This document shows, one piece after another, positions 37,469-47,450 of a DNA stretch of 64,000 nucleotides. The stretch's first letter is position 1. Each line of letters starts with the position of its first letter. The translations under genes were made by a program, and so were the position numbers. The notes beneath the pieces were generated by a model, which saw nothing but the letters and a program-made list of their open reading frames with translations, did not search any database and was not told where the DNA came from. Origin of the DNA: Candidatus Levybacteria bacterium RIFCSPHIGHO2_02_FULL_40_18 (GTDB lineage Bacteria > Patescibacteriota > Microgenomatia > Levybacterales > GWA1-39-11); the NCBI GenBank assembly GCA_001782235.1, contig MFOC01000007.1:13094-77093 (forward strand). The letters are read 5' to 3'.

Positions 37469-38005
37469 TTAAGTGGTTGATTGCTTGTGGGCTGCAAACT
37501 GTTTGAAGGCCTTTTCAATTCTTCTTTCTATAGAATTATTCCATTTTGAATTCGGTCGTAAAACCCATGCAGGATGAAGAGAATGTGAATCCCCCTTTGA
37601 AAGTTCCTGTAATAATAATGGCATAATTTCAACGAAGACCATGGGAACTCTTCTCTTTTTCCATTCTAGTCTTTCCTCTCCATCTTCAAGAAAAGGGAAT
37701 ACGATTACCCCACTTTTCTCAACTCCTTTAATTGCGGCTTTTGCTGTCTTTTCGTTTACCCCTTCAAAAACCAAGCTATCTGCCACTTCCGCTCTGGCAA
37801 CCTCATTAATTTCACTTTCCGAATTAATGTCGCCAGTTAAATAAGGGTCATCGTTATAAGAATTATGGTCCCTCCAGTAAAAGAGGTGGGGCTCTCTTCC
37901 TCTTATTGCCCACGTCACAATTACAATATGTTTTTGGACACGAGGTTCTACTTGAGGTGTTAGCTCTGGGGCAGAACTACGCTCTGATAGCTCTGGATTA
38001 GCCAT
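37469..38005 (-). CDS. Hypothetical protein
   Basis: 178-aa ORF; no recognised motif. Confidence 0.35.
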   Translation of the reverse strand: MANPELSERSSAPELTPQVEPRVQKHIVIVTWAIRGREPHLFYWRDHNSYNDDPYLTGDINSESEINEVARAEVADSLVFEGVNEKTAKAAIKGVEKSGVIVFPFLEDGEERLEWKKRRVPMVFVEIMPLLLQELSKGDSHSLHPAWVLRPNSKWNNSIERRIEKAFKQFAAHKQSTT

Positions 38006-38112
38006 GACGCATTCTATTATATTTTTATTTCTGCGTCAACAATCAAAAATTAAGAATCCTCAACTCTCTTCTTTTTGCTTTTTATTCCCCTTTTTAGTAC
38101 AATAACAACTTA

Positions 38113-38910
38113 ATGAAAAGAGAGAGTTTAAAAGTAGATAAGCGAACAATTGCCGGCAAAAAGGTTAGGAAACTCCGGCGGGAAGGGATTCTTCCTGCCA
38201 ATATTTATGGCAAGGAGTTTAAATCTACCTCTGTTCAGCTCCCAATCAAAGATTTCTTAAATGTATTTAATATCGTACACGAAACAGGTCTTGTGGATAT
38301 TGCATTCGATAGCCAGATAATCCCGGTTCTTATCCATAATGTTCAAATAGATCCCAGAAGCCAAAATCCGGTTCACGCAGATTTCTTTAAAGTAAATCTT
38401 AAAGAAAAAATCACTGCCCGCGTTCCAGTAGTTGCAGTTGGCGAGGCAAAGGCAGTACTTGATAAAGTAGGACTTCTTGAACAGCCGGTTTCAGAGCTTG
38501 AGGTTGAAGCTCTTCCAACAGATCTTCCTGAAAGAATTGAAGTTAATGTCGAGAACCTAGCAAAGGTGGACGATCAAATAATGGTCTCGGACATAAAAGT
38601 TCCGGATGGCATAGCTATCTTAAATGAAACATCACAACTAGTATTTAAGATTGGAGAGCTTGTGACAAAAGAAATGGAAGAAGAGATTGCGGCAGCGGAA
38701 GCTGAGGCGGCAGCTGCAGCGGAAGCACAAGCAGAGACCGCACCTGCCGAAGGTGAGGTTCCTGCTGAAGGAGAAGCGCCAGCAGAGGGCGAAACTCCCA
38801 CCGAGGCTCCAGTCGCACAGACCGAGGGCAAACCTAAACCTGAAGGCGCCGTCCCAGAGGGCTCTGCCCGGAGGGAAAAACCGACCGAAGCAGAAGCTCC
38901 CAAAGAATAA
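38113..38910 (+). CDS. rplY: 50S ribosomal protein L25 / general stress protein Ctc, with a long Ala/Glu/Pro-rich C-terminal tail
   Basis: N-terminal LKVDKRTIAGKKVRKLRREGILPANIYGK, typical of L25/Ctc. The C-terminal ~90 aa are low-complexity (AEAEAAAAAEAQAETAPAEGE…). Confidence 0.7.
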   Translation: MKRESLKVDKRTIAGKKVRKLRREGILPANIYGKEFKSTSVQLPIKDFLNVFNIVHETGLVDIAFDSQIIPVLIHNVQIDPRSQNPVHADFFKVNLKEKITARVPVVAVGEAKAVLDKVGLLEQPVSELEVEALPTDLPERIEVNVENLAKVDDQIMVSDIKVPDGIAILNETSQLVFKIGELVTKEMEEEIAAAEAEAAAAAEAQAETAPAEGEVPAEGEAPAEGETPTEAPVAQTEGKPKPEGAVPEGSARREKPTEAEAPKE

Positions 38911-38922
38911 ACTAGCTTTTAG

Positions 38923-39285
38923 CTATTGGCCGTTAGCCATTAGCTTTTCAAGCTCTCTTGCTCTTTCGAAAGACGGATCAAGCCTCAAAGCTTCATCTAA
39001 AAAATTTAGGGCTGTTTCTTCATCCCCAAGCTTTGCCGCATAATATCCCGCCTCAAAAAAAGCATCGGGAGAATTAGGGTGTTTGCGAGAAACCTCTACC
39101 CAATAGGAGAAATTCTCAAGCGTCTCTTGCCTTGCTTGTTTGGCCTCTGCCAAATTAATGAACAAGACAGCCACGAGAAGTAAAGTGAAGATGAACAAAA
39201 CGCAAAGGAAGAAAAAAAAATAGTTTATGAAGTAAATCCTTTGCGGTAAAGATTCGGTAATTCTGCGGTAATTAATAGTTAACAT
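38923..39285 (-). CDS. TPR-repeat membrane-anchored protein
   Basis: TM helix followed by TPR-like FFEAGYYAAKLGDEETALNFLDEALRLDPSF. Confidence 0.4.
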   Translation of the reverse strand: MLTINYRRITESLPQRIYFINYFFFFLCVLFIFTLLLVAVLFINLAEAKQARQETLENFSYWVEVSRKHPNSPDAFFEAGYYAAKLGDEETALNFLDEALRLDPSFERARELEKLMANGQ

Positions 39286-39348
39286 ATAATCTATGGAAAT
39301 TGGCTCATGGAAATTGGATATTGGTAATAGAAATTAAAAACCATTTTC

Positions 39349-41508
39349 TTATTTGGCTGGCCAGGACGAAACCATAATCGAGTCTTTCGCTCCCAACTTC
39401 CTACACAGCTCTTCTGTAATAAACGGCATGAAGGGGTGAAGCAACCTTAAAAGTATTAAGTATAAAGTAGTAAGTATTAAGTATGAATCTTTATCAATTC
39501 TGATTTTAACGTCTTCAATATACTTGTCCGCAAACTCATGCCAGATAAATTCATATAGTCTTTCCGCTGCCAAATTAAACTGATAATTATCGAGGTTATT
39601 AGTTAGTTGGTTAGTTAGTTCGTCGACTTTAGCTACCCACTCTTTATCGTTCTTACGTTTCGCAATTTTTTTCAATTCCTCGATACTGGATACTCGATAC
39701 TGGATACTCGATACTCGGTTCATCTCTATGAAGCGGCCGATGTTCCACAGCTTATTCGTAAAATTCCTCATCCCCTGAAGCTTTGCATATGACAATGCCT
39801 GGTCATTTCCAAGTGCCGTTCCATAGACAAGAGCAAACCTGACAGCGTCTGCTCCATACTGCTCAACGACTTCTATTGGATTTACAACGTTTCCCTTTGA
39901 CTTACTCATTTTTTTGCCATAAGGATCTTTAACTAACCCATGCAATACAACATTTTCAAATGGGACTTTTCCCGTTGCATATATTCCCACAATAACCATA
40001 CGGGCAACCCACCAGCGTAAAATATCGTACCCCGTCTCCATCACCGTCGTCGGATAGAACCTTTCATAATCCAGACTGTTCTCAATTTTTGATTTTTGAT
40101 TTTTGATTTTTGATTTTGAGCTACTTTGCGTCAGCAAAGTAGCGAACGGCCATTGCGCCGACGAAAACCAAGTATCAAAAGTGTCAGGATCCTGGGCGAT
40201 TGTTTTAGACTCACATTTCAAGCATTTTTCGGGAGTGATACCGTCTGTTACAGTCCAGTTCAAACATTTTTCACAGAACCAAGCCGGAATTCTAATTCCC
40301 CAAACAATCTGGCGCGAAATGTTCCAATCGCGGATATTTTCTAAAAACTGAAAGTAGATTTTCTCAAATGATTTGGGGTGAACCTCTATCTTTCCTTTTC
40401 GAACAGCGTCAATCGCCGGTCTAGCCAAGGGCTCCATTTTCACAAACCACTGTTCTCGAGGCAATGGCTCAATTACATTTTTACACTTGTAACACAGACC
40501 AATTCTATGAATGTAATTGTCGTCTATCTTTTCGATCAATCCTTTTTTCTGCATTTCTTCAACCACTGCTTTACGGGCTTGCTTCACATAAAGACCAGCG
40601 AATTTGCCTGCATGTTCGTTCATTTTTCCATCAAAACCAATAACCTGGCGTATCTTGAGATTATGTCTTTGACCTACTTCAAAATCATTAAAATCGTGTG
40701 CCGGAGTTATTTTCACAACTCCTGTTCCAAATTCCGGATCAACCGAATCGTCAGCAATCACTTTAATCTTAGCCTTTCCTAAAACCGTTTTTATTTCAAT
40801 CTCCTGTCCTATGTACTTTTTATACCTTTTATCATCGGGGTGAACGGCAACAGCCGTGTCTCCGAACTTTGTTTCCGGGCGAGTCGTGGCAAGAGTCAGA
40901 GGGCCGTATTTAATGTAGTAAAGAGGATTTTTTCTCTCTTCATAAACTACTTCAAGATCTGAGAAGCTTGTTCCATCATAGGTACAATAGTTAACCAGCC
41001 TTTTCGCGCGGTAGACTAGCCCGTCATCATAAAGTCTTCTGAAGGTTCTATAAACTATCGAAATTATATCCGGATCAAGAGTAAACTTCATGCGGGACCA
41101 ATCAAGGGAGAAGCCGAGTTTTCGAAGTTGACTCTCCATTCCGCCGCGGTTTTCTTGAACAAAATCCCAAATCATTTGATAGAGAGTTTCGCGATCATAG
41201 TCGAATCGAGACTTACCCTCATTGGCCAAGTGTTTTTCAAACACAAATTGGGTTTCAAAACCTGCGTGATCTGCACCCGGCAGCCAAAGAGCGGCCGCCC
41301 CTTTCATCCGCTGATACCGTATTAGGATATCTTCAATCACATACATCGCGTGTCCAAAATGGAGGGGAGCATTAGCATTTGGTGGAGGAAGAATTATGGA
41401 GTAGGACCTCCCATCCGGATTTACTTCCGGCTTAAAATATCCGTTCTTCTCCCACTCCGCATAAATCCTTTCCTCAACCTTTTTATGATCGTAAACCTTA
41501 TCCATCAT
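39349..41508 (-). CDS. valS: Valine--tRNA ligase (compact form, 719 aa)
   Basis: PPPNANAPLHFGHA and KMSKSKGN class-I motifs and an editing-domain-like middle region. Carries three in-frame tandem-repeat insertions. Confidence 0.75.
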   Translation of the reverse strand: MMDKVYDHKKVEERIYAEWEKNGYFKPEVNPDGRSYSIILPPPNANAPLHFGHAMYVIEDILIRYQRMKGAAALWLPGADHAGFETQFVFEKHLANEGKSRFDYDRETLYQMIWDFVQENRGGMESQLRKLGFSLDWSRMKFTLDPDIISIVYRTFRRLYDDGLVYRAKRLVNYCTYDGTSFSDLEVVYEERKNPLYYIKYGPLTLATTRPETKFGDTAVAVHPDDKRYKKYIGQEIEIKTVLGKAKIKVIADDSVDPEFGTGVVKITPAHDFNDFEVGQRHNLKIRQVIGFDGKMNEHAGKFAGLYVKQARKAVVEEMQKKGLIEKIDDNYIHRIGLCYKCKNVIEPLPREQWFVKMEPLARPAIDAVRKGKIEVHPKSFEKIYFQFLENIRDWNISRQIVWGIRIPAWFCEKCLNWTVTDGITPEKCLKCESKTIAQDPDTFDTWFSSAQWPFATLLTQSSSKSKIKNQKSKIENSLDYERFYPTTVMETGYDILRWWVARMVIVGIYATGKVPFENVVLHGLVKDPYGKKMSKSKGNVVNPIEVVEQYGADAVRFALVYGTALGNDQALSYAKLQGMRNFTNKLWNIGRFIEMNRVSSIQYRVSSIEELKKIAKRKNDKEWVAKVDELTNQLTNNLDNYQFNLAAERLYEFIWHEFADKYIEDVKIRIDKDSYLILTTLYLILLRLLHPFMPFITEELCRKLGAKDSIMVSSWPAK
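39450..39486. repeat. AGTATTAAGTA-family tandem repeat, in frame inside valS
   Basis: aagtattaagtataaagtagtaagtattaagtatgaa. Confidence 0.75.
39681..39718. repeat. GATACTSGATACTCG tandem repeat, in frame inside valS
   Basis: cgatactggatactcgatactggatactcgatactcgg; encodes NRVSSIQYRVSSIEE. Confidence 0.8.
40084..40118. repeat. TTTTTGA heptamer tandem repeat, in frame inside valS
   Basis: aatttttgatttttgatttttgatttttgattttgag; encodes SKSKIKNQKSKIEN. Confidence 0.8.
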
Positions 41509-41711
41509 TCAGATCTTAGATATTAGATCTTTGATCTTAGACAAAACATCTAACATCTATTATCCGTGATCTAACATCTAAGCTAGGATTCTAGCATAAC
41601 ACAATTCTTGCTTCAATCTAACTTCATGTAACTACTTGCTTGCTACCCCCTGGACTTCGGCATTTACCCTGTTAAATTGCGGAGCAATATTTAACAAGGT
41701 ATAATACATTT

Positions 41712-43283
41712 ATGGATCCCACCCTACCTAAACTCAGCAAAGACTCCGATTACTTAATAAAAGCCCACGAGGAGGCAAGCCGCAAAAAACATGATCAAGC
41801 TTTCGCAACCGGAATTGCGTCAGAGCTTGCCGCATGGTATGAGAGACTTCGGACCGCAATTGAAAATCGAGATGAAGAAGTAATTTTGCGAGCCGCGATT
41901 GAACGTATTTTAAGACGGCGCCTTCTTCTTGGTGGAAACGGAAAGACTGTTGGGGCAATTTTAGTACGCGAGCTTATCTGGGCAAGGTATTTCCCAGAAG
42001 AAAGTATATCTGATGATCAAATCGGAGAAGTTGAAGAAATTATTGACCTATATCTAGAACTTCGCCAGTTAATTCCAAAACACAATAGGGTCAAAGAGTC
42101 GGAGTTAAATGAATGGATTTACCACTTGATGGCTTCAGATATTGAGGACAGGCTTAATCCAACCCCCCAAAAAGAAGCCATGATTTCATACATTTTCAGA
42201 ACTCTCAAAAGAATGATTACAATCAAAGACGATTCAGAAGAAACCCGCGATGTTCAAGTTTTTATAGCTATTCGAAAATCCTTTGCAAAAGAGGATTTAC
42301 CCTTTCTTCGCTACGCACTTTTCAACCAATATTTCGGGAGGCTCTCATCTAAAAGTCTTGCGGACACTTCTAAAAAGTTCTCGGAAGGAAAAAAAGTAAT
42401 TGAAGAGCAATTGAATTATCCGGGCAGATTCAAAATATTTGAATTTGCCAAACGCCAGATGCCCCCATTCCTGATTCTTGAGGACGTTTTGGAAAAGTAT
42501 AATAGTCGTTTCCGGGGGTTAATATCAAATCCTGAAGAATTTATAAATGTGGTTACTGAAACTTGTAATGCCCGCTATGCCAATATTTCAGGAAAGGTAA
42601 GAAGAGCAATAATCCGCTCGATCATTTTTATTCTTCTTTCAAAATCATTCTTAGCATTTACTGTTGAGGGGACTTATGACAGACTCGCGTATGGCCATAT
42701 TCTCTGGGGAGTTCTTGCAATAAATATTGCTATTCCTGTTGGGATGATGATTATTATATCGTTTTTTATAAGAGCTCCGGGGAAAGATAACACTCAAAGA
42801 ATTATCGATAGAATTAACTCGCTTCTTTTTGATGAAACGCCGGATCTTGGAAGATCACTCTCGTTCAGTCATAAGCCAAAGGCACAAACTCTTCTTGATT
42901 CAATATTCACAATAATTTGGTTAGGAACATATCTTTTAAGTTTTGGTATCATCATTTATATCTTGAGTGCTCTTCGGTTCAGCTTTGTTAGCCAAGCTTT
43001 CTTTATTTTCTTCTTTGCAATAATCACATTTTTATCATATCGAATCAATCAAGCGGCAAATATTTACACTGTAAGAGAGAAAGCGGGACTCTTAACGCCG
43101 TTTGTAGACTTTTTCTTTATGCCTGTTGCGCGCGTTGGAAGATATTTAGCAGACGGAATCCGCCAAATCAACGTTTTTATTTTTGTTCTTGATATGATAA
43201 TTGAAACGCCGCTCAAAGGCATAATCGCCTTTTTTGAACAATGGTTCTCCTTCCTCCATTCAAAACGCGAGGATTTAGCATAA
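41712..43283 (+). CDS. Hypothetical membrane protein (soluble N-terminal half, multi-TM C-terminal half)
   Basis: 523-aa ORF with several C-terminal TM helices; no recognised motif. Confidence 0.4.
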   Translation: MDPTLPKLSKDSDYLIKAHEEASRKKHDQAFATGIASELAAWYERLRTAIENRDEEVILRAAIERILRRRLLLGGNGKTVGAILVRELIWARYFPEESISDDQIGEVEEIIDLYLELRQLIPKHNRVKESELNEWIYHLMASDIEDRLNPTPQKEAMISYIFRTLKRMITIKDDSEETRDVQVFIAIRKSFAKEDLPFLRYALFNQYFGRLSSKSLADTSKKFSEGKKVIEEQLNYPGRFKIFEFAKRQMPPFLILEDVLEKYNSRFRGLISNPEEFINVVTETCNARYANISGKVRRAIIRSIIFILLSKSFLAFTVEGTYDRLAYGHILWGVLAINIAIPVGMMIIISFFIRAPGKDNTQRIIDRINSLLFDETPDLGRSLSFSHKPKAQTLLDSIFTIIWLGTYLLSFGIIIYILSALRFSFVSQAFFIFFFAIITFLSYRINQAANIYTVREKAGLLTPFVDFFFMPVARVGRYLADGIRQINVFIFVLDMIIETPLKGIIAFFEQWFSFLHSKREDLA

Positions 43284-43376
43284 GCTAGGAAATAATTTAC
43301 CCGTGAAAATCAGCTATCGATCAGCGTGAATCGAGGCGGTGATATAATGGATTAAACTCTATTTAAAATTTGAGGT

Positions 43377-43814
43377 ATGGAAAATTCAAAAACCTTTATG
43401 ATTTATGCGGATGGAGGAGCGAGGGGAAATCCCGGGCCTGCGGCATATGGCTTTGTTATTTATGACGAACAAGGTTCAAAAGTTTATGAGGAGGGGAGTG
43501 CAATGGGTAATGCCACGAACAACGTCGCCGAGTACTCCGCAGTTGTCGCCGCACTGAAATATTTAGTATCCAGTATTCAGTACCCAGTATCGAGTATTAA
43601 GTTTATTTTGGATTCGAAATTAGTAACGGAACAATTATCTGGGAACTGGAAAATAAAAAATGAAAACCTTAGAAATCTCTACTTTACAATCAAAGAGCTC
43701 GAGCAAAAGATCGGGGCAAAATTTATTTATTCCGCTGTTCCTCGCGAACAAAACCAGGAAGCCGACCGGCTCGTCAATGCCGCACTCGACGCCAATCTAG
43801 TTGAAGGTTCGTAA
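43377..43814 (+). CDS. rnhA: Ribonuclease H-like (RNase HI family) protein
   Basis: MIYADGGARGNPGPAAYGFVIY…NNVAEYSAVVAALKYL…D…; carries an in-frame repeat insertion (VSSIQYPVSSIK). Confidence 0.7.
   Translation: MENSKTFMIYADGGARGNPGPAAYGFVIYDEQGSKVYEEGSAMGNATNNVAEYSAVVAALKYLVSSIQYPVSSIKFILDSKLVTEQLSGNWKIKNENLRNLYFTIKELEQKIGAKFIYSAVPREQNQEADRLVNAALDANLVEGS
43563..43602. repeat. AGTATYSAGTAT-family tandem repeat, in frame inside the RNase H gene
   Basis: ttagtatccagtattcagtacccagtatcgagtattaagt. Confidence 0.75.
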
Positions 43815-43929
43815 AGTTCATAAAGTTTATAAGGGATTACTTTACAAACCTTAAAAACTTGAAACTTTATAAACTATTTAGTCCTTGATGCTCTTGATAC
43901 TCTTGGTACCCTTAAAGTAAACTATCTCC

Positions 43930-46581
43930 ATGTCATTAACTCTTGAAACCCGCGAAAAACAAAAACCAATAATTTTAATCTACGGCAATAACCCGTTGGT
44001 GCCGCTCTTGTTAGAAGAATATTCAAAAGAATTTAAAATCGCTTACGTTGGAGAGTTGGAGCAAACTGAAAAAAGAAAGGATTTTTACCGAATTCCGCGA
44101 GCAAACGTTCAATTTGTTAAAAATCTTGAAGAAAAAATAGATTACGCGGTGATTTTCCTGTCAAAAAAGGAAGATAAAAATCTAATCCCTTCTTTCATGG
44201 AAAAAATATCTAATGATGGAACCCGTACAGCGGTGATCATTAATGTCGAAAATTTAGAAGATTTTTATGATGTACTTCTTGAATATAAAAATATATCTCC
44301 CCTAAAGTTCCTGTTTTTAGGGGATGTTTATTCGGAAAACCCTTCTTTTAATATCGGGCATAAATTGTTTAAGATTATTCAGCAGGCAATTTCGGAAAAG
44401 TCTATAAGAATCTCTCAAGATTTTGAACCAATATTTGCAATCTATTATAGGGATGCGATATTGGGGATAAATCAAACACTTTTTGGGCCAAAAAAAACAG
44501 ACAAATTTTACTATCTTTTCTATTCGGAGCCCCAAAGCATTAACTCTCTGGCGTATATATTGCATCGGGTTGAGCCTGATCTTGAAATTCACTATCAAGA
44601 ATCCCTGCCTGCCGGCAGGCAGGAAAAAGATAATGATAAAGCAAAAACTCATAACGAATTGGCAAAAGAGATAAAGGGAAAAATTGTCATTGAGCCCATT
44701 TATCTTGACAAATATTTTATTGGGTTTGAAAAAAGCCTTGCCCCGCAGCATTTTGGTGCGGGGCAGGCCAATTTTTCGAAAGAGTCGATGCCGGGTAAGG
44801 CACACGAGGAGATAAGGGATAAAATTAGCAAACCACCTTTTAATTCTCTGGTTTTATCAGCGGCAATCGCCACTCTCCTCTTTATAGTCTTAAACATTGC
44901 CATGATTGGGCTGGGATTATTACAGTTAAATGCTTCCGCCCGATATTTTCGCGATGGAGACTACAAAAAGGCCTCCTCATATATCAAGACCGCATCTTCA
45001 CTTCTTAGCATTTCTTTACCGGTTGCAAAAGTTGGCGCAAAAATAGCGGGAAATAATTTCCCCCAACTTGAGGAATCGGTTGCCCTACTGAATATAGCAT
45101 CTGATAATTTTAACTCATTGGAAAAAGCATCACTTGGTCTTGATAGGGAAGTGCTGGACAAAACAATCTCAGACGGCACCTATTTTTATTTTAGATTTCT
45201 GGAGTTAAAAAATGAACTTAACAATGCAACTTTAAACACACTTGAGAGAGAGGGGCTGTCAAACACTATTGCTCTCTCACAAATGCTACCTGCTATTCTA
45301 GGCTACAACCAGGAGAAAAATTATCTCATTTTATTTCAGAATAACGGAGAGCTAAGACCAACCGGCGGATTTATCGGTTCTATTGGGGAACTGAAACTAG
45401 TGGGTGGAAAGATAGAGAGCCTAACCATTCAAGACGTTTACGAGTATGACGGGAAGCTTAAAGCTCATGTAGAACCTCACTACATAATACGGCGCTATCT
45501 TGCGCCGCACCTTTATCTTCGAGACTCAAATTTTGATCCTGACTTTCAAGCAAGCGCAAGCACATCAGCTCTGCTTTATAATCTCGAAACGGGAAAAGGG
45601 ATTGACGGTGTAATCGCGATAGACTTTGAAGCAGTTAAAAGATTAATTGGAAAGCTCGGGCCAATAGAACTTGCTTCTTACAAAAAAACGCTTGATGAGA
45701 AAAATACTTTTGATTTCTTGCAAACAACAATTGATGACAACTTTTTCCCGGGTTCCACACAAAAAAGGGATGTCTTGACTGCCCTTTTTAATCAACTACT
45801 CTTGAAGCTTGAGGACCGAAACTCCGCTATTTTGGCAGCAAATCTTTTGCCGCAAATAATGGAAGAGAAGCATTTGCTTTTTTCTTTTAGCAATTCTTCG
45901 ATCCAAAGCATTTTTAATACTCTTGGATATGGGGGGACATTTTCAGATAAAAGAGCTGTCGAAAAAAATAAAGTGAATGATTTCCTTTCGATTAATGAAG
46001 CAAATATTGGTGTTAACAAAGCAAATATAGGTGTGTCAAGGTCAACAAATTACGAAATAAGTTTTAACAAGAAGATAACATCAAGAGTTTCTCATGAGAT
46101 TAAAAACAATAGCGATAAAGGATATAAAACATATATAAGAGTCTTTGCTCCGGTTGGCTCAAAACTTTCCTCCATTACAATAAATGGCGATCAACAAAAG
46201 ATCATCCCGGCTGCCACGGACTTTAAAATATATGAGAAGGATAACTTTAAACCGCCGGCGGGGCTTGAAGTAGATCAAATTATTAACCATAATTTACAAG
46301 AATTTGGATTTATAGTAATAGTTGACCCAAAGAGCGCTAAAAAAATTGAAATATCTTATGACAATGGTCTTATTTTGCCAAATGAAGCTATAGTTACATA
46401 TTCTCTTGCTCTAATAAAACAGCCCGGAACAGAAAACTATCCCTTCAGTTTAAAGATTTCCTATGGCGAAAATTTTGTACCTAAAGAAGTCAAGAATGCG
46501 GAACTTTTGGAGGATTCAATCGTTTTTAAACGAGATATTAAACAAGACGAATTAATTGATGTAGAACTCATTAAGCGATAG
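43930..46581 (+). CDS. Large membrane-anchored protein: cytoplasmic N-terminal domain, one TM helix, large extracytoplasmic domain (possibly DUF4012-like)
   Basis: The TM helix LVLSAAIATLLFIVLNIAMIGLGLL begins ~aa 306. Conserved-looking NNGELRPTGGFIGSIGEL motif; 883 aa. Confidence 0.4.
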   Translation: MSLTLETREKQKPIILIYGNNPLVPLLLEEYSKEFKIAYVGELEQTEKRKDFYRIPRANVQFVKNLEEKIDYAVIFLSKKEDKNLIPSFMEKISNDGTRTAVIINVENLEDFYDVLLEYKNISPLKFLFLGDVYSENPSFNIGHKLFKIIQQAISEKSIRISQDFEPIFAIYYRDAILGINQTLFGPKKTDKFYYLFYSEPQSINSLAYILHRVEPDLEIHYQESLPAGRQEKDNDKAKTHNELAKEIKGKIVIEPIYLDKYFIGFEKSLAPQHFGAGQANFSKESMPGKAHEEIRDKISKPPFNSLVLSAAIATLLFIVLNIAMIGLGLLQLNASARYFRDGDYKKASSYIKTASSLLSISLPVAKVGAKIAGNNFPQLEESVALLNIASDNFNSLEKASLGLDREVLDKTISDGTYFYFRFLELKNELNNATLNTLEREGLSNTIALSQMLPAILGYNQEKNYLILFQNNGELRPTGGFIGSIGELKLVGGKIESLTIQDVYEYDGKLKAHVEPHYIIRRYLAPHLYLRDSNFDPDFQASASTSALLYNLETGKGIDGVIAIDFEAVKRLIGKLGPIELASYKKTLDEKNTFDFLQTTIDDNFFPGSTQKRDVLTALFNQLLLKLEDRNSAILAANLLPQIMEEKHLLFSFSNSSIQSIFNTLGYGGTFSDKRAVEKNKVNDFLSINEANIGVNKANIGVSRSTNYEISFNKKITSRVSHEIKNNSDKGYKTYIRVFAPVGSKLSSITINGDQQKIIPAATDFKIYEKDNFKPPAGLEVDQIINHNLQEFGFIVIVDPKSAKKIEISYDNGLILPNEAIVTYSLALIKQPGTENYPFSLKISYGENFVPKEVKNAELLEDSIVFKRDIKQDELIDVELIKR

Positions 46582-46596
46582 AATAAACATTAACTT

Positions 46597-47334
46597 ATGG
46601 ACAAAATCACTGAAAAAGAGTTTCAAAAACATCTCGAAAGTGAGCACCAAAGGTTTTCAATCTCGGGGTATCTTAAGGAAATTGTTTATGGCGGAAGCGA
46701 TGGAATTGTTACCACGTTTGCCGTTGTTGCAGGCTTTACCGGAGCACAAAGCGGTCTGCTTTCTCAATATCCTGTCTTTATAGTTCTTATTTTTGGGTTT
46801 GCTAATCTTTTTGCCGATGCTGTATCTATGGGTCTTGGGAACGTTTTGTCGATTATGGCAGATAAAGACGTTTACAAAGCGGAACGTGACAAGGAGCTTT
46901 ATGAAATAAGAAATAATCCCGAGTTTGAGAGGATGGAAACAATCTATATTCTCAAAAAGCGCGGATTTTCAGAAGATGCGGCTAAAAAAATAGCAGAGTT
47001 GTATTCAGAAAATGAAAATTATTGGGCAGACTTTATGATGAGATTTGAGCTTGAGATGCCAACACCTGAACTTGAAAATTCACTAGTCACGGGTCTTACA
47101 ACATTTTCCTCTTTTGTCCTCTTTGGTTTTATTCCCTTAATCCCTTATGTTTTGGCAACAGAAGGTGATAAATTTTTAGTTTCCGTAATATTTACATTTA
47201 TTGCCCTCGCTCTCTTAGGCGCGCTCCGCTGGAAGGTAACAACAGAAAAATTATGGCGAACAGTTTCTGAAACAGTCTTGCTTGGTGGAATTGCGGCGAG
47301 TATAGCCTACTTCGTCGGCACCCTCTTCAAGTAA
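46597..47334 (+). CDS. VIT1/CCC1 family iron/manganese transporter
   Basis: GGSDGIVTTFAVVAGFTGA and multiple TM helices. Confidence 0.72.
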   Translation: MDKITEKEFQKHLESEHQRFSISGYLKEIVYGGSDGIVTTFAVVAGFTGAQSGLLSQYPVFIVLIFGFANLFADAVSMGLGNVLSIMADKDVYKAERDKELYEIRNNPEFERMETIYILKKRGFSEDAAKKIAELYSENENYWADFMMRFELEMPTPELENSLVTGLTTFSSFVLFGFIPLIPYVLATEGDKFLVSVIFTFIALALLGALRWKVTTEKLWRTVSETVLLGGIAASIAYFVGTLFK

Positions 47335-47337
47335 AGT

Positions 47338-47450
47338 TAAAAGTCAAAATGCAAAATTCAAAATTACAATTCAAAAGTAAAAAGTGTTCGAAGACTTTTA
47401 AATTTTAACTTTAACTTTTGACCTTTGACTTTTGAGTTTTGAATTTGGTT
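47338..47450. terminator. Long imperfect inverted repeat built from TCAAAAC-family heptamers, between convergent genes (putative bidirectional terminator)
   Basis: Left arm aagtcaaaatgcaaaattcaaaattacaattcaaaag; right arm cttttgacctttgacttttgagttttgaattt. Confidence 0.5.

Noticed and set aside
38574-39043. Overlapping ORFs (38574-38903 minus; 38687-39043 plus) over the rplY tail
   Set aside because: Produced by the GC/Ala-rich low-complexity tail of L25; antisense/shadow frames.
44317-45179. Minus-strand ORFs of 67-162 aa inside the large membrane-anchored protein gene
   Set aside because: Antisense to the long continuous plus-strand ORF.
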